Part shown: piece by piece, positions 24,054 through 37,839 of the stretch | How positions within the stretch are numbered: position 1 is the first letter of the stretch | Layout of the letters: each line of letters begins with the position of its first letter | Origin: Basidiobolus meristosporus CBS 931.73 | Lineage: Eukaryota > Fungi > Basidiobolomycota | Direction of reading: 5' to 3' | NCBI GenBank assembly: GCA_002104905.1 | Contig: MCFE01000181.1 | Coordinates: 1 to 64,000 of the forward strand | DNA: 64,000 nucleotides | The notes under the pieces: model-generated | The model's database searches: none | What the model saw: the letters and a program-made list of their open reading frames with translations, nothing else | Told to the model about the DNA's origin: nothing | Translations under genes and position numbers: made by a program

Positions 24054-24911
24054 TTAATCTTGCAACAACCACTTTCGCTTCGCAGCCTCCTTCTTCTTCT
24101 TCTTTCGCTCCTTGATGGCTGCCAATTCCTTCTTGGTCAGTCGTACATGTTGCTTGTTATTTCCACCCGCCTGCAATCTCATCCCTCTTTCCTGTGCGTA
24201 TGACTCGTAGTCGAAATAATAGTTGCATTGCCGGATTGCTATGTTTTCTTGTCCGTATTTCTCAGGGTTTTGTGACAAGTCAGCTTGGAAACGCCCGGTT
24301 TGGGAGTTGAAGAACCCAGACACTTTGTATTCGTCGGACTGACCTCCAAAGGCATCAACCTGGGGGTTGGCGGCGCTGGCGGGGTAATGATATTTGTCCT
24401 GATAAGCACCCTGTTCGCTGACGTCCCCCTCTTGCTCATACGATGTTGCTTTACGCTTTTTTTCATCCAACCGCTCTTTAACTTGGTCGGCTTTGTCAAG
24501 TAAGGAATCCAAAGGATTGGCGTATGCATTGGCACCGTATCCTGAGTAATTATACCCATAATGAGAGTAGTAACTGTTGGATGGATCGACCTTTAGTCTG
24601 GGAGGCAAATCCCAGGTGGTCTCATTTGTAACAGAGTTCCAGTAGTAATAACATCTGCTATTGTCATCCCAGACCGGTTGCCAGGCATCAGCCTCCTTCA
24701 ACTGAGTCGGATCTTTCTGATCTAGCGTGGTATTGGGTGGGATATCTGACTGCTCATTTTCAGACAGATCTTTTTCGTCTGAAGGGTCTCGCGTTTCCTC
24801 TGATTCGGAAGCTTCTTGGGTGTGGTGGGTTACATGGTGATCGGGGCGATTTCTTAATTCGGCAATTCTAGCTTCGAGAGCTTCATCGGGACTTGACGAG
24901 CGTGAAGACAT
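24054..24911 (-). CDS. WW domain-containing protein with basic C-terminal tail
   Basis: WW domain AWQPVWDDNSRCYYYWNSVTNETTWDLPP. C-terminal FNSQTGRFQ...YFDYE...LTKKELAAIKERKKKKK. The start is probably MSSRSSSP at 24911; the ORF track starts at 24950. Confidence 0.85.
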   Translation of the reverse strand: MSSRSSSPDEALEARIAELRNRPDHHVTHHTQEASESEETRDPSDEKDLSENEQSDIPPNTTLDQKDPTQLKEADAWQPVWDDNSRCYYYWNSVTNETTWDLPPRLKVDPSNSYYSHYGYNYSGYGANAYANPLDSLLDKADQVKERLDEKKRKATSYEQEGDVSEQGAYQDKYHYPASAANPQVDAFGGQSDEYKVSGFFNSQTGRFQADLSQNPEKYGQENIAIRQCNYYFDYESYAQERGMRLQAGGNNKQHVRLTKKELAAIKERKKKKKEAAKRKWLLQD

Positions 24912-26432
24912 GGAGTAAAGTGAAAGGTGGAAATGAGAAATTTCATCCAAATGGAATTAAAAATAAGGGATTTGTTAATGCAGACTTGAGAAATCATTGC
25001 ATGATAGAAAATTCCAGAATTAAATTAATCAAGACTGGCTCGTCTGGGAAATGGGTTTAAAGTTTAGATAAGTTAACCCTGATATGCGATCACAAAACTC
25101 GAATATCGAGTAAGACGGTACGCATCGTCAATCTTGCCTCTGAACAAATAGGATTCTCCAGACACATTTAACAATGCTTTGTTTGGAGACGTACATAGGG
25201 CAACTGGGGGGAGGTCACTGGATGCTCAGAACTGGCCAACTGTTGTCAACAATCACTACTCTGAGGTAGAAACAACACAGGATGAGCCACCATGGGCACA
25301 TCCAAGCCAGGACTAGTGTTCTCAAAAATTGACACTGCCATCCCCAAAACTCGTTCTGATAATCCCATATAGATCACGGCCAAATTGAAATGGAAACTTG
25401 CATGCCAAGTATTCCCTAGCGAAGCACGTGAATTCAAACAAGCCATAGCAACCGTCAGACACAGTGCTCCATACATATATTACAGTATAAATAGCTACAT
25501 TACCGGTGATTGGACGGTGGGGATCATTCAGCAGTACAGGCAGTGGAGTATATGCTAGAATGGTGCATCTGATCCTGGGATATCTTCATTTTCATCGATA
25601 GGCTCAGATGCAAGATGTCGAACCGTGGCAACTTTCTAGCATTCCGAAATAAGACGAATTAATTTATACAGTTGCATGCTGGCGATGACACCCGAATGAC
25701 TCATGACGGACAAGAAGCTCATGGCTTTGCATCTTGTGCGACTCTCTAGTAATTGATCTGTGAATGGAGGAATATCCGCCTGAGGCTCAAGCTCGAATGT
25801 TTGGAAGCTGGCCGCCAGCATCTTCCCACAGTGGTTCCGTCCTCTCTGGCCCAAACGATAAGAGCTCTGATGATTTCCTCACGAGATGCGCTCAGAGTGC
25901 ATCAGATTCGTTTTCTATCAGGCTATTAGTAATTCCATTTTTCAGGTGACCTAAATAGCCGTTTGTTTTTCGGCCCACATGCACTGCACGAACGTTCCAT
26001 TTTCCACCAGAATAGCAGATAGACAAGATCTGTTGGTTGTGGTACACATCCGCGAGCCCAGCAGCGCTATGCTCGCAAGTGCGCTTGTTGTTTGCTAGGG
26101 ATGGGAAAATATTCAAACTCCAAACAAGCGGAATGGATTCGGGGATGGCATGGACAAAAGTGGACGATGCTGACGAAAGAGGTCGTTCAGAGGCTATGTT
26201 TTGGGGACTCTGGTTGTTGCTTTATTGAACTATCCGTGGATGATTTTGTGAGGTCTATTGGTATGTACAGAGCGGTTGACCTTTTTTGCTAACGTTCGTT
26301 GGTGGGTTTTCAATATTATGTGTACATGAGTTGCCCTGCGGAGGGCCATCGAAGAATGATACTGGCGAACATGACAGAAGGGTGCCCAGATAAAAGCATA
26401 TACGGGCTTCTATAATGAGAATTTGATGTTGC

Positions 26433-27319
26433 TTAGAACACCCCCTTCATCGAAGCAGATACGGGGATATCTTCCTCAGTAGGGTTGACGATAAATGCAA
26501 TAGATAACGGATTAATGGGTTTTTGGTTGACTGGAGAGCGAATGTGAGAGATGGGTGATTCCTGTGGCGTGATGATCTCTTGAGAATCAACGGAAAATCT
26601 TCGGTGAATATTAGAGCTAGGTGTATTAACAGGCGATGGATATGGGCAGAATCGGCCAGAGCGGCGGGGTTCGTACACGGGCTTGGTGGTGGCTAGAGGG
26701 ACAGCGAGGTGGGTGGCCAAGGGAAGGGGGGCGGATTTGTTCGGTCTGCTGGCATAACTCAATAATAGGGATGACCATCTATTGAATGCAGAGACAGGGA
26801 CAAAGAGTTGGTAATCGATCAGCTGCAAGAATATCTGCTCGATATGATTGATCTCCGATACTTTAACACCCATGATTTTCGCCCATGCACGGTTCATGTA
26901 GTTTTTATCCTGCAAAAACTTCGAGGCCAGTATCAAGGCGGCAATGAACATCCTGCGGTCGCATTTCGTAAAGTCAGGGCCAGACTCGGTGCTGACGTAC
27001 TTTGTTAGGGGAACTTTGATCCGAACGAGGTAAAGAAGCGCAACCTGAAGCACAGAGAAGGTGCTTTTAGAGCGACGAATTGTCTCCCGGATAAAGTCTT
27101 TGAGGGGGAGAACACCAGCGTCGTGAGGTTGGTTTCCTTGGGGCCAAATCGAATCAACGATGATAGAGGCAGCGTCTGTTAGAGAGGTGGGTTAGTGGAG
27201 GCTCGACAGAAAGTGGTGCACAGAGGAGACATACCTATCAAGCCCTCGACGGCAGTTTGTCTCTTGGCGGGGGAGGTTTGATGGACTGAGGTGGTTGTTT
27301 TGTTGTGAACACGGAACAT
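26433..27319 (-). CDS. Pho80/Pcl-family cyclin (Pas1/Clg1-like), 2 exons
   Basis: ATG at 27319, intron 27234-27176. Cyclin box LKDFIRETIRRSKSTFSVLQVALLYL...RRMFIAALILASKFLQDKNYMNRAWAK...INHIEQIFLQLIDYQL. Confidence 0.85.
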
Positions 27320-30300
27320 GGTTTGAAAGGGAGATATAAAGATATTGGATTGGATATGGGTGAGGAATCTTAGAGATCAAGCGAGAAATATAGATAGGGA
27401 TTTATCGCTATTCTGTACAGAGATGATGATATTGAGAATGGCGGCCCGCTACTTATAACAGACTCTCATTTGAGTCGCTGTCTCACTACCGCAGACTATC
27501 GCTAGTGGACGCATGGAAACCCAATCCGCTCTGATCATACCCAATTGGGCGCTGGATGAATTCAGGCAGATTATGGGTCAGATGAAAGCAATCAAACTGC
27601 GACGAAACGATCACCATCTGGAATGGAACGCAGAATGGGGCCATGAAAAAAAGGAAATCCAGAACTAAGTGAGTGAATTCTGATTCCATTTTCCCTAATT
27701 CCAGCGCGCCCTAATATGGTAAGCCTGAGCCTTTTCAGCGTTCTCTGGCTGGTGGATGGCAATCGCAGATATCAACCGCTGCTGTTCAGCCAATCTGACG
27801 CCATGATGGAAATTCGAACTCCATCCCAGATCCTAGCAACGCTTACAGCGCCGGATCCGTAGAATTGGGATTGATTAACTTCAATCATAACTGCGAATGC
27901 CCTAATTGCGGCTCTACAGCCGCATTCGCACAGGCTACATATGTCGAGGTTGGGGGGAATGTCCACTACGGCTACCGTGCCCGCAATTCCAGCACACCGC
28001 TGCCTCAGCAAAGTGCGACGTGGGGCGCGAGTGGCTGGGACGTTGTTGAGGTTATGCTGGGCTGAAAACCACTGAGCTTTCATGTACGGTTGGCCAATGG
28101 TGGCACACTTGAGCCTCTGTAGCGTGCTTTCGCTCAATCCCTTGCCCGCGGGTTGTGTACAGAGGCGGCACCATATCATTATCATCGCTAGGGATGCTAT
28201 CCATCAATGAAATGTGGGACACTCAACCAACAAACCTAGTTCTTACCAGGGTCCAGTGACCGCCCACAAATCACGTCGCAGTCGATGTGAAGTTTCTGTC
28301 AACTCGACACATTGATTTGATAAGAATCGTCATTTTGGGGCTTTGAGGGTTTCATGCAAAATCAATTATTCTGATCCTGTACTGATTATTTGCTATTTGA
28401 TCCATTCATCCAAATCAAGTGAAATTAGCATCTTGCCAATCACCATGAGCAATCTATCATGGCTGTGACGAGCAATCGTTTCGGGACATATCATAGAGCG
28501 ACCATTTTGGTATTCATGTAACCCTATTCCACCATGTAGCAACGACGCTGTTTCCTTTGGCGGGCACATCATGTTGACTGATGCTGATGGGGATAGCACT
28601 CAGCGAGTATAGGTTCTGATTCGGCATCCATCAGGGCTCCTGGCGGAATGGAGTGATGTGCACCAAATCGCCGAATTTTAGCTAGCCTCAAGTTGCGGGT
28701 TTTAGTTCAACCATCACTTGAGCCCCCAATTATTGAGGATGGTTTCTTGCTTTAGTTTAAGCGCTGCCGAGACAATTCTAGGGTTTCGCTATACTTGGTT
28801 TAATCATTGTTGATGATTGCCTCAACTTAGCGAGACCGCGGTTGACAGCAGTCTCGCAGATTCATTGTATTTCTGGTTTGTCGGTGTTGACATCAATGGA
28901 GGTAATCTGGTGCTTGCTCCACGGTCATCCAGAACACTCCCTCAGATGGTGATTGCGTAGGCACAGACCATGATGTGTTTTGCCAAGTCATTGCCGCTGA
29001 TATTGCCGCCTCAGATCCAGCCGCCATGCTTCGCACATTTTATTTCACCATGACGGCATATATGGGTGACTCTGGTGGTGCGTTTGCATAAGGATGCACG
29101 CGCATGCATATCCCCAAACCCATCCTTCTCAGCACCCATTCCCGTTTGGTTCTTCAGCTCTACGGTGCCGTTTGTAGCACTGTCGGGAGATGGAATGAGC
29201 CATACATTGTGCTGGGCTTCTCGAGAGTACCAAGATAGACAGTATTTGATATTCTGCTTAAAATGTCAATTTTGTTCGATGTGGAATTCTGGTTTCCTGC
29301 ATGGCTGGGTAAATTGGGGAAGAATGCAATCCGCTAGTTGTAAACAAGGGTATGGAACATCCTGGGTGTCGAGTTATGCACAGTATGAATCAACGCTTAA
29401 ATCATACTTTGATACAGCAAAGCGTTCATGATCATCACATGTCTCAGCGGTCATGATGAGTAGGGTGAAAGAGCTGACCAGAGTATGCAGCACTAAGACT
29501 ATCTTTAATGCATCACTATACCAGCGGCGGTGTATTGCTGACTTTGTGATCAAAGTGCAAGCCACGTAAGCCACGCAAGCTATTAGTAGATTATCATATG
29601 TAATATTCGTGTACGATTAGCCATTCTACAAAATACCCGATATCCGCAGACTTTGTTGGCTGGAATCGTGGAAATTTCTCACCGGGTTGAATGGCTACGC
29701 CCGGCCACGAATATGCTTTGTCTCTGGAGCAAGAGTGCTTTCATTTGCTGTATCCTTGCAAAAAATTCTCTTAAGGGCACGTTACATTGGTCGCAACACA
29801 GATGCTTCGGAGGAGGGGGCATGTTGGAATGAATTGATTTGTAGAACTAACGATAATCTATCCCTATCCCAGCGAACTCTAGTATTATTGTTCTGAACGA
29901 TTCCATCAAGAATTTCCATCCGATGAGTCATCCACACAACCTTTTGAGATTCATACGGAATTGTGGTTGGATGTCGCATTCGATTTAATCTAGTGTAGCG
30001 GAAAGAGGACTAGAAATTTCTTACACCAGCGTGGCCTCTTGATGCGCATATGAAAAGTGAGTGCATGGAGTTTAACACCAAATAACATAGCCCTCCGATA
30101 AACCGCATGCGCCAGGAGTAGCTCTTGACACGATGATGCAAGAATTGGTTCATCTCTGTAGATAGAAGGTATTCGCAGAGCGCTCCGATCCTTGCCACTA
30201 TCTGCAGTTCCACCACCCGGGGCATGCAAACAATGATAGATGTCCACTGCTTTGGCCGCCTTGACCAGCTGCACGCCGTAAGATGAAGGGAGCGAGCGCT

Positions 30301-31148
30301 GTGTGCCAAGTGTTCTGGTTCACCTCTATAGAGTCAGCCCCATGGTGAAATCAATCTAGAGTTAGTAATGTCTTGGTTTCTGCTATGGATATGAAATATT
30401 TAATCAATGGATGGTTGAAATCTGGTATAATATGTATTTCAGCAAGGGCTGTCCTGATCCTTAGCATAATGTTGCCAGTGTCCCACACTGTGACAAATAG
30501 GGATGTTTTGTAGTATACACTAGCTGCTTGATTACCATTGCAATGAAATCATGGAAACACACTGTGCCTAGTATCAAGTAGCAACGGTTGTGCCCATATG
30601 GGACATTTGCGGTCTATGTGGCTAAAGACCCAACGGCTAGGAAGCTTAGGCCTATATAGCATGCAAGTGGTTGACACACTATCGCTTGATCTAAATTTCA
30701 GGAAAGATTGCGAAATCGAATTAGTTAAACCTGTCCCTCGTTCTTAAAGTCCGCAGTTGTGGGAATTTGTTCGTTTCCTATCCAATGGAATCCTTGGTGC
30801 TGTCATAGACAGTCGTCACATGGGTATGTTCGTCGATTAGGAGGGGACCTCGACCAATCATCTTGGATAGCTCATGTATTCCATGAGCAGACTTCATGAA
30901 GTATGTGAATTCGATAAAATGACCATCCGCCGAGTGCTCAAGACGATGAACTGGTAAGACAAATATCAAATCGAGCTATCGCTTATCTAAAATAATTGAA
31001 TTGTGATGTGCCAGTAAGGAAAAAGTTCTAATTACGCTTAGTCAGGAAATTGTCCATTTCTCAGAAAACCACCGCAAGTGAAGTAAATATAAATGCAGAT
31101 ATCATCTATCACGCGGAATTTGTCAGACTTTTCTACTAGCTTTCGACC

Positions 31149-31919
31149 ATGTTTCATCGTTTAGTATCAAGAGGATTTTCTAGGAATGCTGGCTGCTACG
31201 GGCACCGCCTCTACAGTGCGACCACAAGCGCTAGCCAACCTAAAGGTACTGGTGCCAAAGCTCTCGGTGCTGTGGCTTTAACTGCCGGTCTTGCTGGTGC
31301 CGGTATCACCATGTACGCTACTACCAACGACACTCTGCTACCTAAACACTCAGCTCTTAAGGATTTCGATTCTCTAACATTGAACCAAGAAGAGGAAACA
31401 CATGTTATCTCTCTGGAGCAGCAGCGGGAGAATTTGGATATTGTTAAAAGATTAAGAGAATCCCCTGAACATACTTGCGTTGAATTCAACTCTACAAAGC
31501 CGAAAACTATCTCCACCACCAGCCTCACCAGATATACTCTGAAGGGAAAGGATAAACTCGCCTTGGATCCGGTGATCTTTCGCAATGACAAAGAGAACTC
31601 CCTTGTCATCGTGACTCACCTGGGTAAGGCTCTATGTGGCCACAAGGGCATTATCCATGGTGGCCTGCTTGCCACTCTGCTCGACGAAGGCTTAGCTGCC
31701 ACCGTGTTCCCTTCGATGCCTGGCAAAAATGGAGTGACCGCCAATCTCAATATCAACTATCGGAAACCAGTTCTTGCTGATCAATTCGTATCAATCAACG
31801 CTAGAGTTACTAAAGTGGAGGGACGTAAAGGTTGGGTTGAGGCCCAAGTCAAAGACATGAAAGGTAACGTCTTGGTTGAGGCCAGCGCCTTGTTTATTGC
31901 ACCAAAATATTTCTCTTAA
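31149..31919 (+). CDS. Mitochondrial-type HotDog-fold acyl-CoA thioesterase (THEM4/PaaI-like)
   Basis: Single exon, basic/Ser-rich presequence-like N-terminus, motif CGHKGIIHGGLLATLLDEGL...VTANLNINYRKPV. Confidence 0.9.
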   Translation: MFHRLVSRGFSRNAGCYGHRLYSATTSASQPKGTGAKALGAVALTAGLAGAGITMYATTNDTLLPKHSALKDFDSLTLNQEEETHVISLEQQRENLDIVKRLRESPEHTCVEFNSTKPKTISTTSLTRYTLKGKDKLALDPVIFRNDKENSLVIVTHLGKALCGHKGIIHGGLLATLLDEGLAATVFPSMPGKNGVTANLNINYRKPVLADQFVSINARVTKVEGRKGWVEAQVKDMKGNVLVEASALFIAPKYFS

Positions 31920-32168
31920 TAGCCTTGAAGCATCACTGACCCGGGCGATGTTTAATACTCCTCCCATCCAAAACTGTATACTACACAATTCTGTTGGTTA
32001 ATCTGATCAATAAATCCCTAGTTTCCCACATGGCTTTTTTGTAAGTTCACGTATTACCGAAGGCTTGTTCTTCAATGGCCCCTAGCCACCAGTCACGGGT
32101 AGTATAGTATACACCGTCTCCCGCAGTGCTCAGTGCGGAAATATATGGAGCTTTATTACAGCAGGCAA

Positions 32169-34516
32169 TTAACTCTCGTATGGCATTTCCATTCCAATAT
32201 GGTGACGGTATAGGTATGTTTGAATTAGCCACTTTAGATTTGGCAGAGTATTTCTCAGGTCCAATACTGTGAGTCTTTCAGCGTACAGAAGCTGATGTGA
32301 GGTTGACGATTAGTCGATACTGACGATCTCAGGAAGCCAATGACGGTGAACGTACCTGTTCAATGTTTTTGTTCAAAAGAAAAACGCCATATTCGAACCT
32401 GGAACGGTCTTCGCCCTTGGAATATAATGGGAATCTAGCGGAGGGTAAGAGATAGGCGAGCTCAATATCAATCAGACCGTACATACTCATAGGAGCCTTG
32501 TAGTCTAGAAACTGGGTCAAAAATGGTGGCTCTCGAGGATTTGTTTTTTATTGGGTAGCGCAAAGGAACGTCCATATAACCTGCCATTAGTTGGACCACA
32601 TGCGCTGTGAACCCAAGAGCAGTTGCAATCATATCCTCGTCGTGGCCTACAGTTGATGTTAGTGTCATGGAGGCAGAGTGAAGGGTGGGCCTGTCATTAC
32701 CAGTATAGACTGAGTTTGGCAACGTGATTCCAAGAATTTGATATATTGAAGGGTCGATTGGAGACTGTGTATGTGAAAATGCTTAGCATGGAGATGAAGC
32801 TTATAAAGGGTGTTGAGGATACTGACCGGCTCTATCGGATAGATGTTCTGGAGTTCGTATATCATCTCGCATTTCAATTGAATGGTGAGTTGCTTCGTGC
32901 TTTCCAATATAGCTCTGAGGGAGATGATCAGGAAATGCAATTGGTGATATACCCAAAGGCTGTGCCATACTTGTTCTGAATCAGATTTTTCCGACTCTCG
33001 GCCAGGTACAGCTTCCCTGTCGAGCATCGCGCGTTCGCTTCCTCGAGATCCAACTGTCGCTGCTTGTTCTTGTCTCGAAAACTATCAACAAAATGGCGAC
33101 CTAAATTCAAAGTTTCATTAGCTTTCAGTGACATTAGTATTCTGGCGTAAGTTGAATGACTCATACAGCACTCTAGTTGGATCGATTTGATTTTCAACTG
33201 CTCCTCGGCATGCTGAAGCTTTGCTTTGGCCTTGGAAGACTGGCGTTTCTATGGATCGAAGGACTTAGCACATGTGGTGACGGCTCATATGCAAGATGAT
33301 GTTCGTACAATTGCCAGTCTCAAGTTTTTTCTTGATAACAAGTTGTCCGCATCTTTCGCTACCGAGAGCAATGATTTCTTGTGATCCAAAAGCGTGTTTT
33401 GAAGGCTTACCAACCTACAGAGAATCTCGTCACATCAGTGTTTAACCCAAAATTGAAAATGGGACAGCGCATACCTCACTATTGCTTCATCATTGTATGA
33501 TTGCTTTTCCTAAGTAATTGTCAAGGGATGATATTTACTCACAGTTCTGCCTTCAAGTTAACACAAGAGTGGTGCAAACCTTATCCAGTGATATAGATGA
33601 AGACATAGGATAGCCTCCGTTCAATTTTGTCTCTTCCTATACCAGGTATAGTTTAGTATCGCGCAAAGGCGAAGGCAGGTCTATGGCGCATCTACCCTTG
33701 TCATATTTCGCGATGTATAAAACCCATCGGAAAACTCGAAGAGTACTGTGTTCGGACGGAATGGGATAGGGTAATCGTATAGCTTCGTTTCGGTTAGAAC
33801 TTTGTGATACGAAGGCTACGTTTTGTCTATATATCCAGGTACCTTCGAGCTAATGAAGTTTAAGCATCTCAGGTCAACAGTCCACTGCAGCAACAATCTT
33901 GGGGTCCCCTCCTCTTCATTCCATATCTTAACAACCAGAGGTAGCAACAGCGTTAAGGAAAATATAGAGCTAATTTATAGTGGCGAGTATTGACGAGAGT
34001 TTTCGTAAAGGATATAAAAGCTTTTACTGTTCACCCACGATGGCAAATTAGACGAGTCAAGCGGGCCAAAGGAAGGATTCTACAGTAAATCAGGTGAAAT
34101 AAGTCTCATATCCAAATGATGATCCAATCTTTCAGAGGAGGTTACCAGTGAGTCAGAGCAAATGTCGCTGGTATAGAATGAGGGTGCTATTTATGCGAGT
34201 GAAATTAGTTCCAATCGCAGTGCAGTAAGCAGTAAGATGATCATTTTGTACCATCTTCGTTTTCGTGTAAAGTGAGAAAAGTATCGAGTAGTTGAAAACA
34301 GTTATCTTTGGGGCTGTGGTTCTCTAGGTGGAGCTCGACCGCTTCATTATGCGCAGAATCTTCCATTTGCGCTTCGGATATCACAGCATTCTCATCTTGT
34401 GGGTTATGTGCATTTGAGGAAGAGCTATATTCACAGTCGAAGGATATATTCCTGACTGCTATACTTCTAAGGTTGCGTATCCGCTTATTCAAGTCAAGCG
34501 TATTAGTCATTATCAT
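32169..34516 (-). CDS. UVRAG: UVRAG/Vps38 homolog (PI3K complex II subunit), multi-exon
   Basis: N-terminal RIRNLRSIAVRNI, a coiled coil, and a C-terminal IATALGFTAHVVQLMAGYMDVPLRYPI...SRATIFDP...FPLYSKGEDRSRFEYGVFLLNKNIEQ|LL...LRNTLPNL. Stop at 32169-32171. Confidence 0.85.
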
Positions 34517-35925
34517 TTACAAAACAAGCTTTACTTCCGAAGTCTGTGGGAAGTATTCGCTCACCATTATTTAAATTGGTCAAGGTACTGGGAATCCTTA
34601 ATAACATAATGGGTTTGAACCAATCAATGAAAACTATTTAACCTGAAGATCTGCAGCCAGTATTAGCGTTAATTCTATTTCTAAATCCTAACTTGGTTGA
34701 ATCTATCAATATAAACGACTAATTATGAAGACTGGGCAAGCACTTAACCTAGTCCCTCTCATTTTTGCTTAAGAGCTGATACATCGTCTGAGAACCCCAA
34801 CGTTGTTGGCACCTAGTCCCTGTTATGATCTCAGTATGGCACCAATATTCACACGTCTGCTTGGCTGTCAGCTCTGTAACTACTATATTTGTCTTAATTG
34901 TGAAGGTTGCGGTCTCCGCTTGTTGTCTGCTACTGGTCTAGTGTACTTAGATTTTAACAGAGCAAGAGTTCAGCAAGGTAAACCCTTAAAACTTGGGCAT
35001 ATTAGTGGTGTGCGGTCCTCAGCATTCTCTGGTAGAATGTTGATGCGAGTTTAAGTGGCTCTCCCCCGAGAGGTCGAGTATGGAATCAATCCGGTACATC
35101 TTTTTACAGAGCTTCCAGAAAAATCAACCCTATAATCCCCTTTAAGTCCACTATTAGAAACAAACATCTACTCACACCCGTACTCCTTGCTTCCAAAGAG
35201 GCCTACATCTGCAAATTGTTCAACGTCGCACGTGATTGTTAAATGTAGATTTCAACACAAATCATGTTTCGAACCTATTCGTGATAAATTTCCGAATCAT
35301 GCTATCCTATCGTCGCATGGTTTGTAGGTCTCAGGTATCTGAGAAACATGCCAAAGACTGAAGGTTCAGATAATAGAATAATTAGTCCTAATGAATGAAA
35401 TATGCAGGGGAGAAATTCATGCCGGGCTCTAGTGCTGTTTTGCCTTGTAAGCCCAATCTAGACATTGCCAGGGAGGAGCATTAGTTGGAGATTCGTTGTA
35501 GCCTAGCAATGAATCAAAATATTGCTTAACCATATCTGGTAATATACTGCGTTGACTTCTACCCAATTACCAGAAAATGCTTTATTCTGTAGCTAGAAAT
35601 TCCGATTCTGGCCGGCTTCATGCATTGGTAGAAGGCTACTCGTTTCAATAAAAAGTGATATGTATGAGACTAGCACTTAGATAGAATGAAGGATTAAACG
35701 TCAGAAGGTTATTTACAGCTTCCATTCCAAGGAGATGAAGTCAACTAGGTAAGCGCCGACCATCGAATAAATTATATATATGTCTGTGAAAAAATGTTCA
35801 AGTAAAACAGTGAGCACTAGTTGGTCTTCTCCCCTTCACCACATGGTAGTTTGTCAGTAATCCAGAGTAATAAACTTGCAGGAGTTCACATTGGTATATG
35901 TTGCGCGACCTGGTTCGATGCCCGC

Positions 35926-36805
35926 TTACTCGCTCCTGCGCAGAATAGCGATAAGGCCGTCACATGAAGCGGAGACAACGACAGATACGTTGATGGTTCC
36001 GAGTTCAGGAGATAGAAATCGTAGATCAACTTGCCCAATGCATGCTGTGGATTTTACACGATCGAGCTCATTAATCGTGGCGCTTAAATCCTCCTGATGA
36101 ATATAGGAGATAAAGGATGTTCCGGTACATTTCTTAGAATTCATCCCCAAGACAAACGAGGCTGGAATCGAGCAATACATGATGGTCAATTTTCGTGTGA
36201 AGCGATTCAGTACCATGCATACTCTTGGTTCAAATTGGATAGGCGTTGAAGGCAGTTGCGACTTATGAAGACGTAATAATTGAGGACCATCAACCTTTCA
36301 ACAAGTTAGCAATAGTTATTCTAAGGAAACAATGATAGTAATTGCTTACTTTATGTATGCAGTTGGGATTCTTGTCGATATAGACAATGTTATCTGCGGC
36401 TGCTACTCGGTCTGTTGGTCAAGTTCAAGAACTTTAATAACTAGTCTAAGGTGAGGTCGATACAACTATTAACTTACCTTTCGATTTTGAGTTGTTGAGC
36501 TCACCCTCGACTATTGTGGCCGTTATCATGTTGTAGCAGCAGCTAGCCACACATTCGATCGGTATAACCTTAGAGTCCTTCTTACGCGCAGTGCAAAACA
36601 GGACTGTTGCCAAGGAGTCGCTGATTTCCTGATAAGCTATAAAGGTATTGGTTCCGGAAATATGGTCTTCCGGTATGATGTAGAGACCAGTTTTTCCAAT
36701 CAGCTCATCCGGGGTGTAGCCAAGGACATCGGTAACGCTGTCAGAGACGTAGAGTATTATTCGCTGTGGCGTCAGGTCAAATATTATAATAAAATTCTTC
36801 TCCAT
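35926..36805 (-). CDS. Small tandem-PAS-domain protein with no output domain, 3 exons
   Basis: PAS1 is ILYVSDSVTDVLGYTPDELIGK...; PAS2 is EPRVCMVLNRFTRKLTIMYCS...FISYIHQEDL. Two short GT-AG introns join the frames. Confidence 0.8.
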
Positions 36806-37839
36806 TGAATCAAGGCAAGTCCTTCACGACAAACGAAATTCACAAGTATTTAAGAGTGAAAGAAGGGTTGCCTGCGGTTGAACAAAGTCTAGATACAAAT
36901 GGATATTTTATGATCATGTTGACTGTAAATTACATAAGCTTCTGGCCTGGTTCATCATTCAAGACGATCGAATTTCATTTGATCAATTCTGACGTAATTG
37001 TCTCCCCCTTCCAAGGCCGTCCCGGTTGCTTTAAATATGTTATTTCAAGTAGGATATTTTGAGTATTAGGCCTATCGACGGGCATTTTGTTCCGGCTTAC
37101 TAGACTGTGAAGACATCCATATTTGTCAGAGATGTCATAGTCGTTCAGAGTGGACCATTCAGAATACCACAGAAACACCACAGATGAGCTACCAAGCTCC
37201 TAATTACGGGCTGTTCCAATCACACGCTATATGGATGTCTTGTATTTGATATGTTTTTTAATCTGATACACAGCCCTTGGAATACCAGTTTCCGAATGAA
37301 TGCTATGGGGGAGGTTCCAGCAATGTTGAAGATAATCATTAACGCACATAATCTTGCTACATACACTTGATTAATAATCAGCCAAAAGGCTACTCTGCAT
37401 TTATGGTATCTGCGACTGAGTTACTATAGGATAAATACCGGAAAAGATAGCCTTGCAATAGACGTCATGGTCTATATTAGCTTAATGAATACAAGTACAG
37501 TATGTTTGAAAGGCTATTTCAAATCAATATTAATCGTGAAGTAAGGTGAATGCTCACGGGAGAAACAAGAAGCCCAAGATTTCTCTGAACACAACTAGCC
37601 AAAAACCAATATTCACCACAAAATGTACCAAGGGCATCTAATCAAAACATGTGGTTTTCTGCACGTATCCATCAATGAAGAGTAGCCATCTGAAGCGACT
37701 TGAGCCTCTATGAAGGATTAGGCACTAAATTATTGAAGACAGTTGGTTTTGGATGTGGGGACGAGGTGGGTGAATAAGGTTTAAGTGTATGCTAATGTGC
37801 CAGTCGACTGTTGAGAGCAGTTAGAGGTATCCTATACCA

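Noticed and set aside
27865-28065. Small + strand ORF with CECPNCG, zinc-ribbon-like
   Set aside because: Only one Cys pair, 66 aa, overlapping an antisense ORF, and no second metal-binding half-site.
15453-34516. WDR91 and UVRAG (both endosomal PI3P regulators) near each other as a functional cluster
   Set aside because: They are about 14 kb apart with unrelated genes between them. There is no evidence beyond chance linkage.
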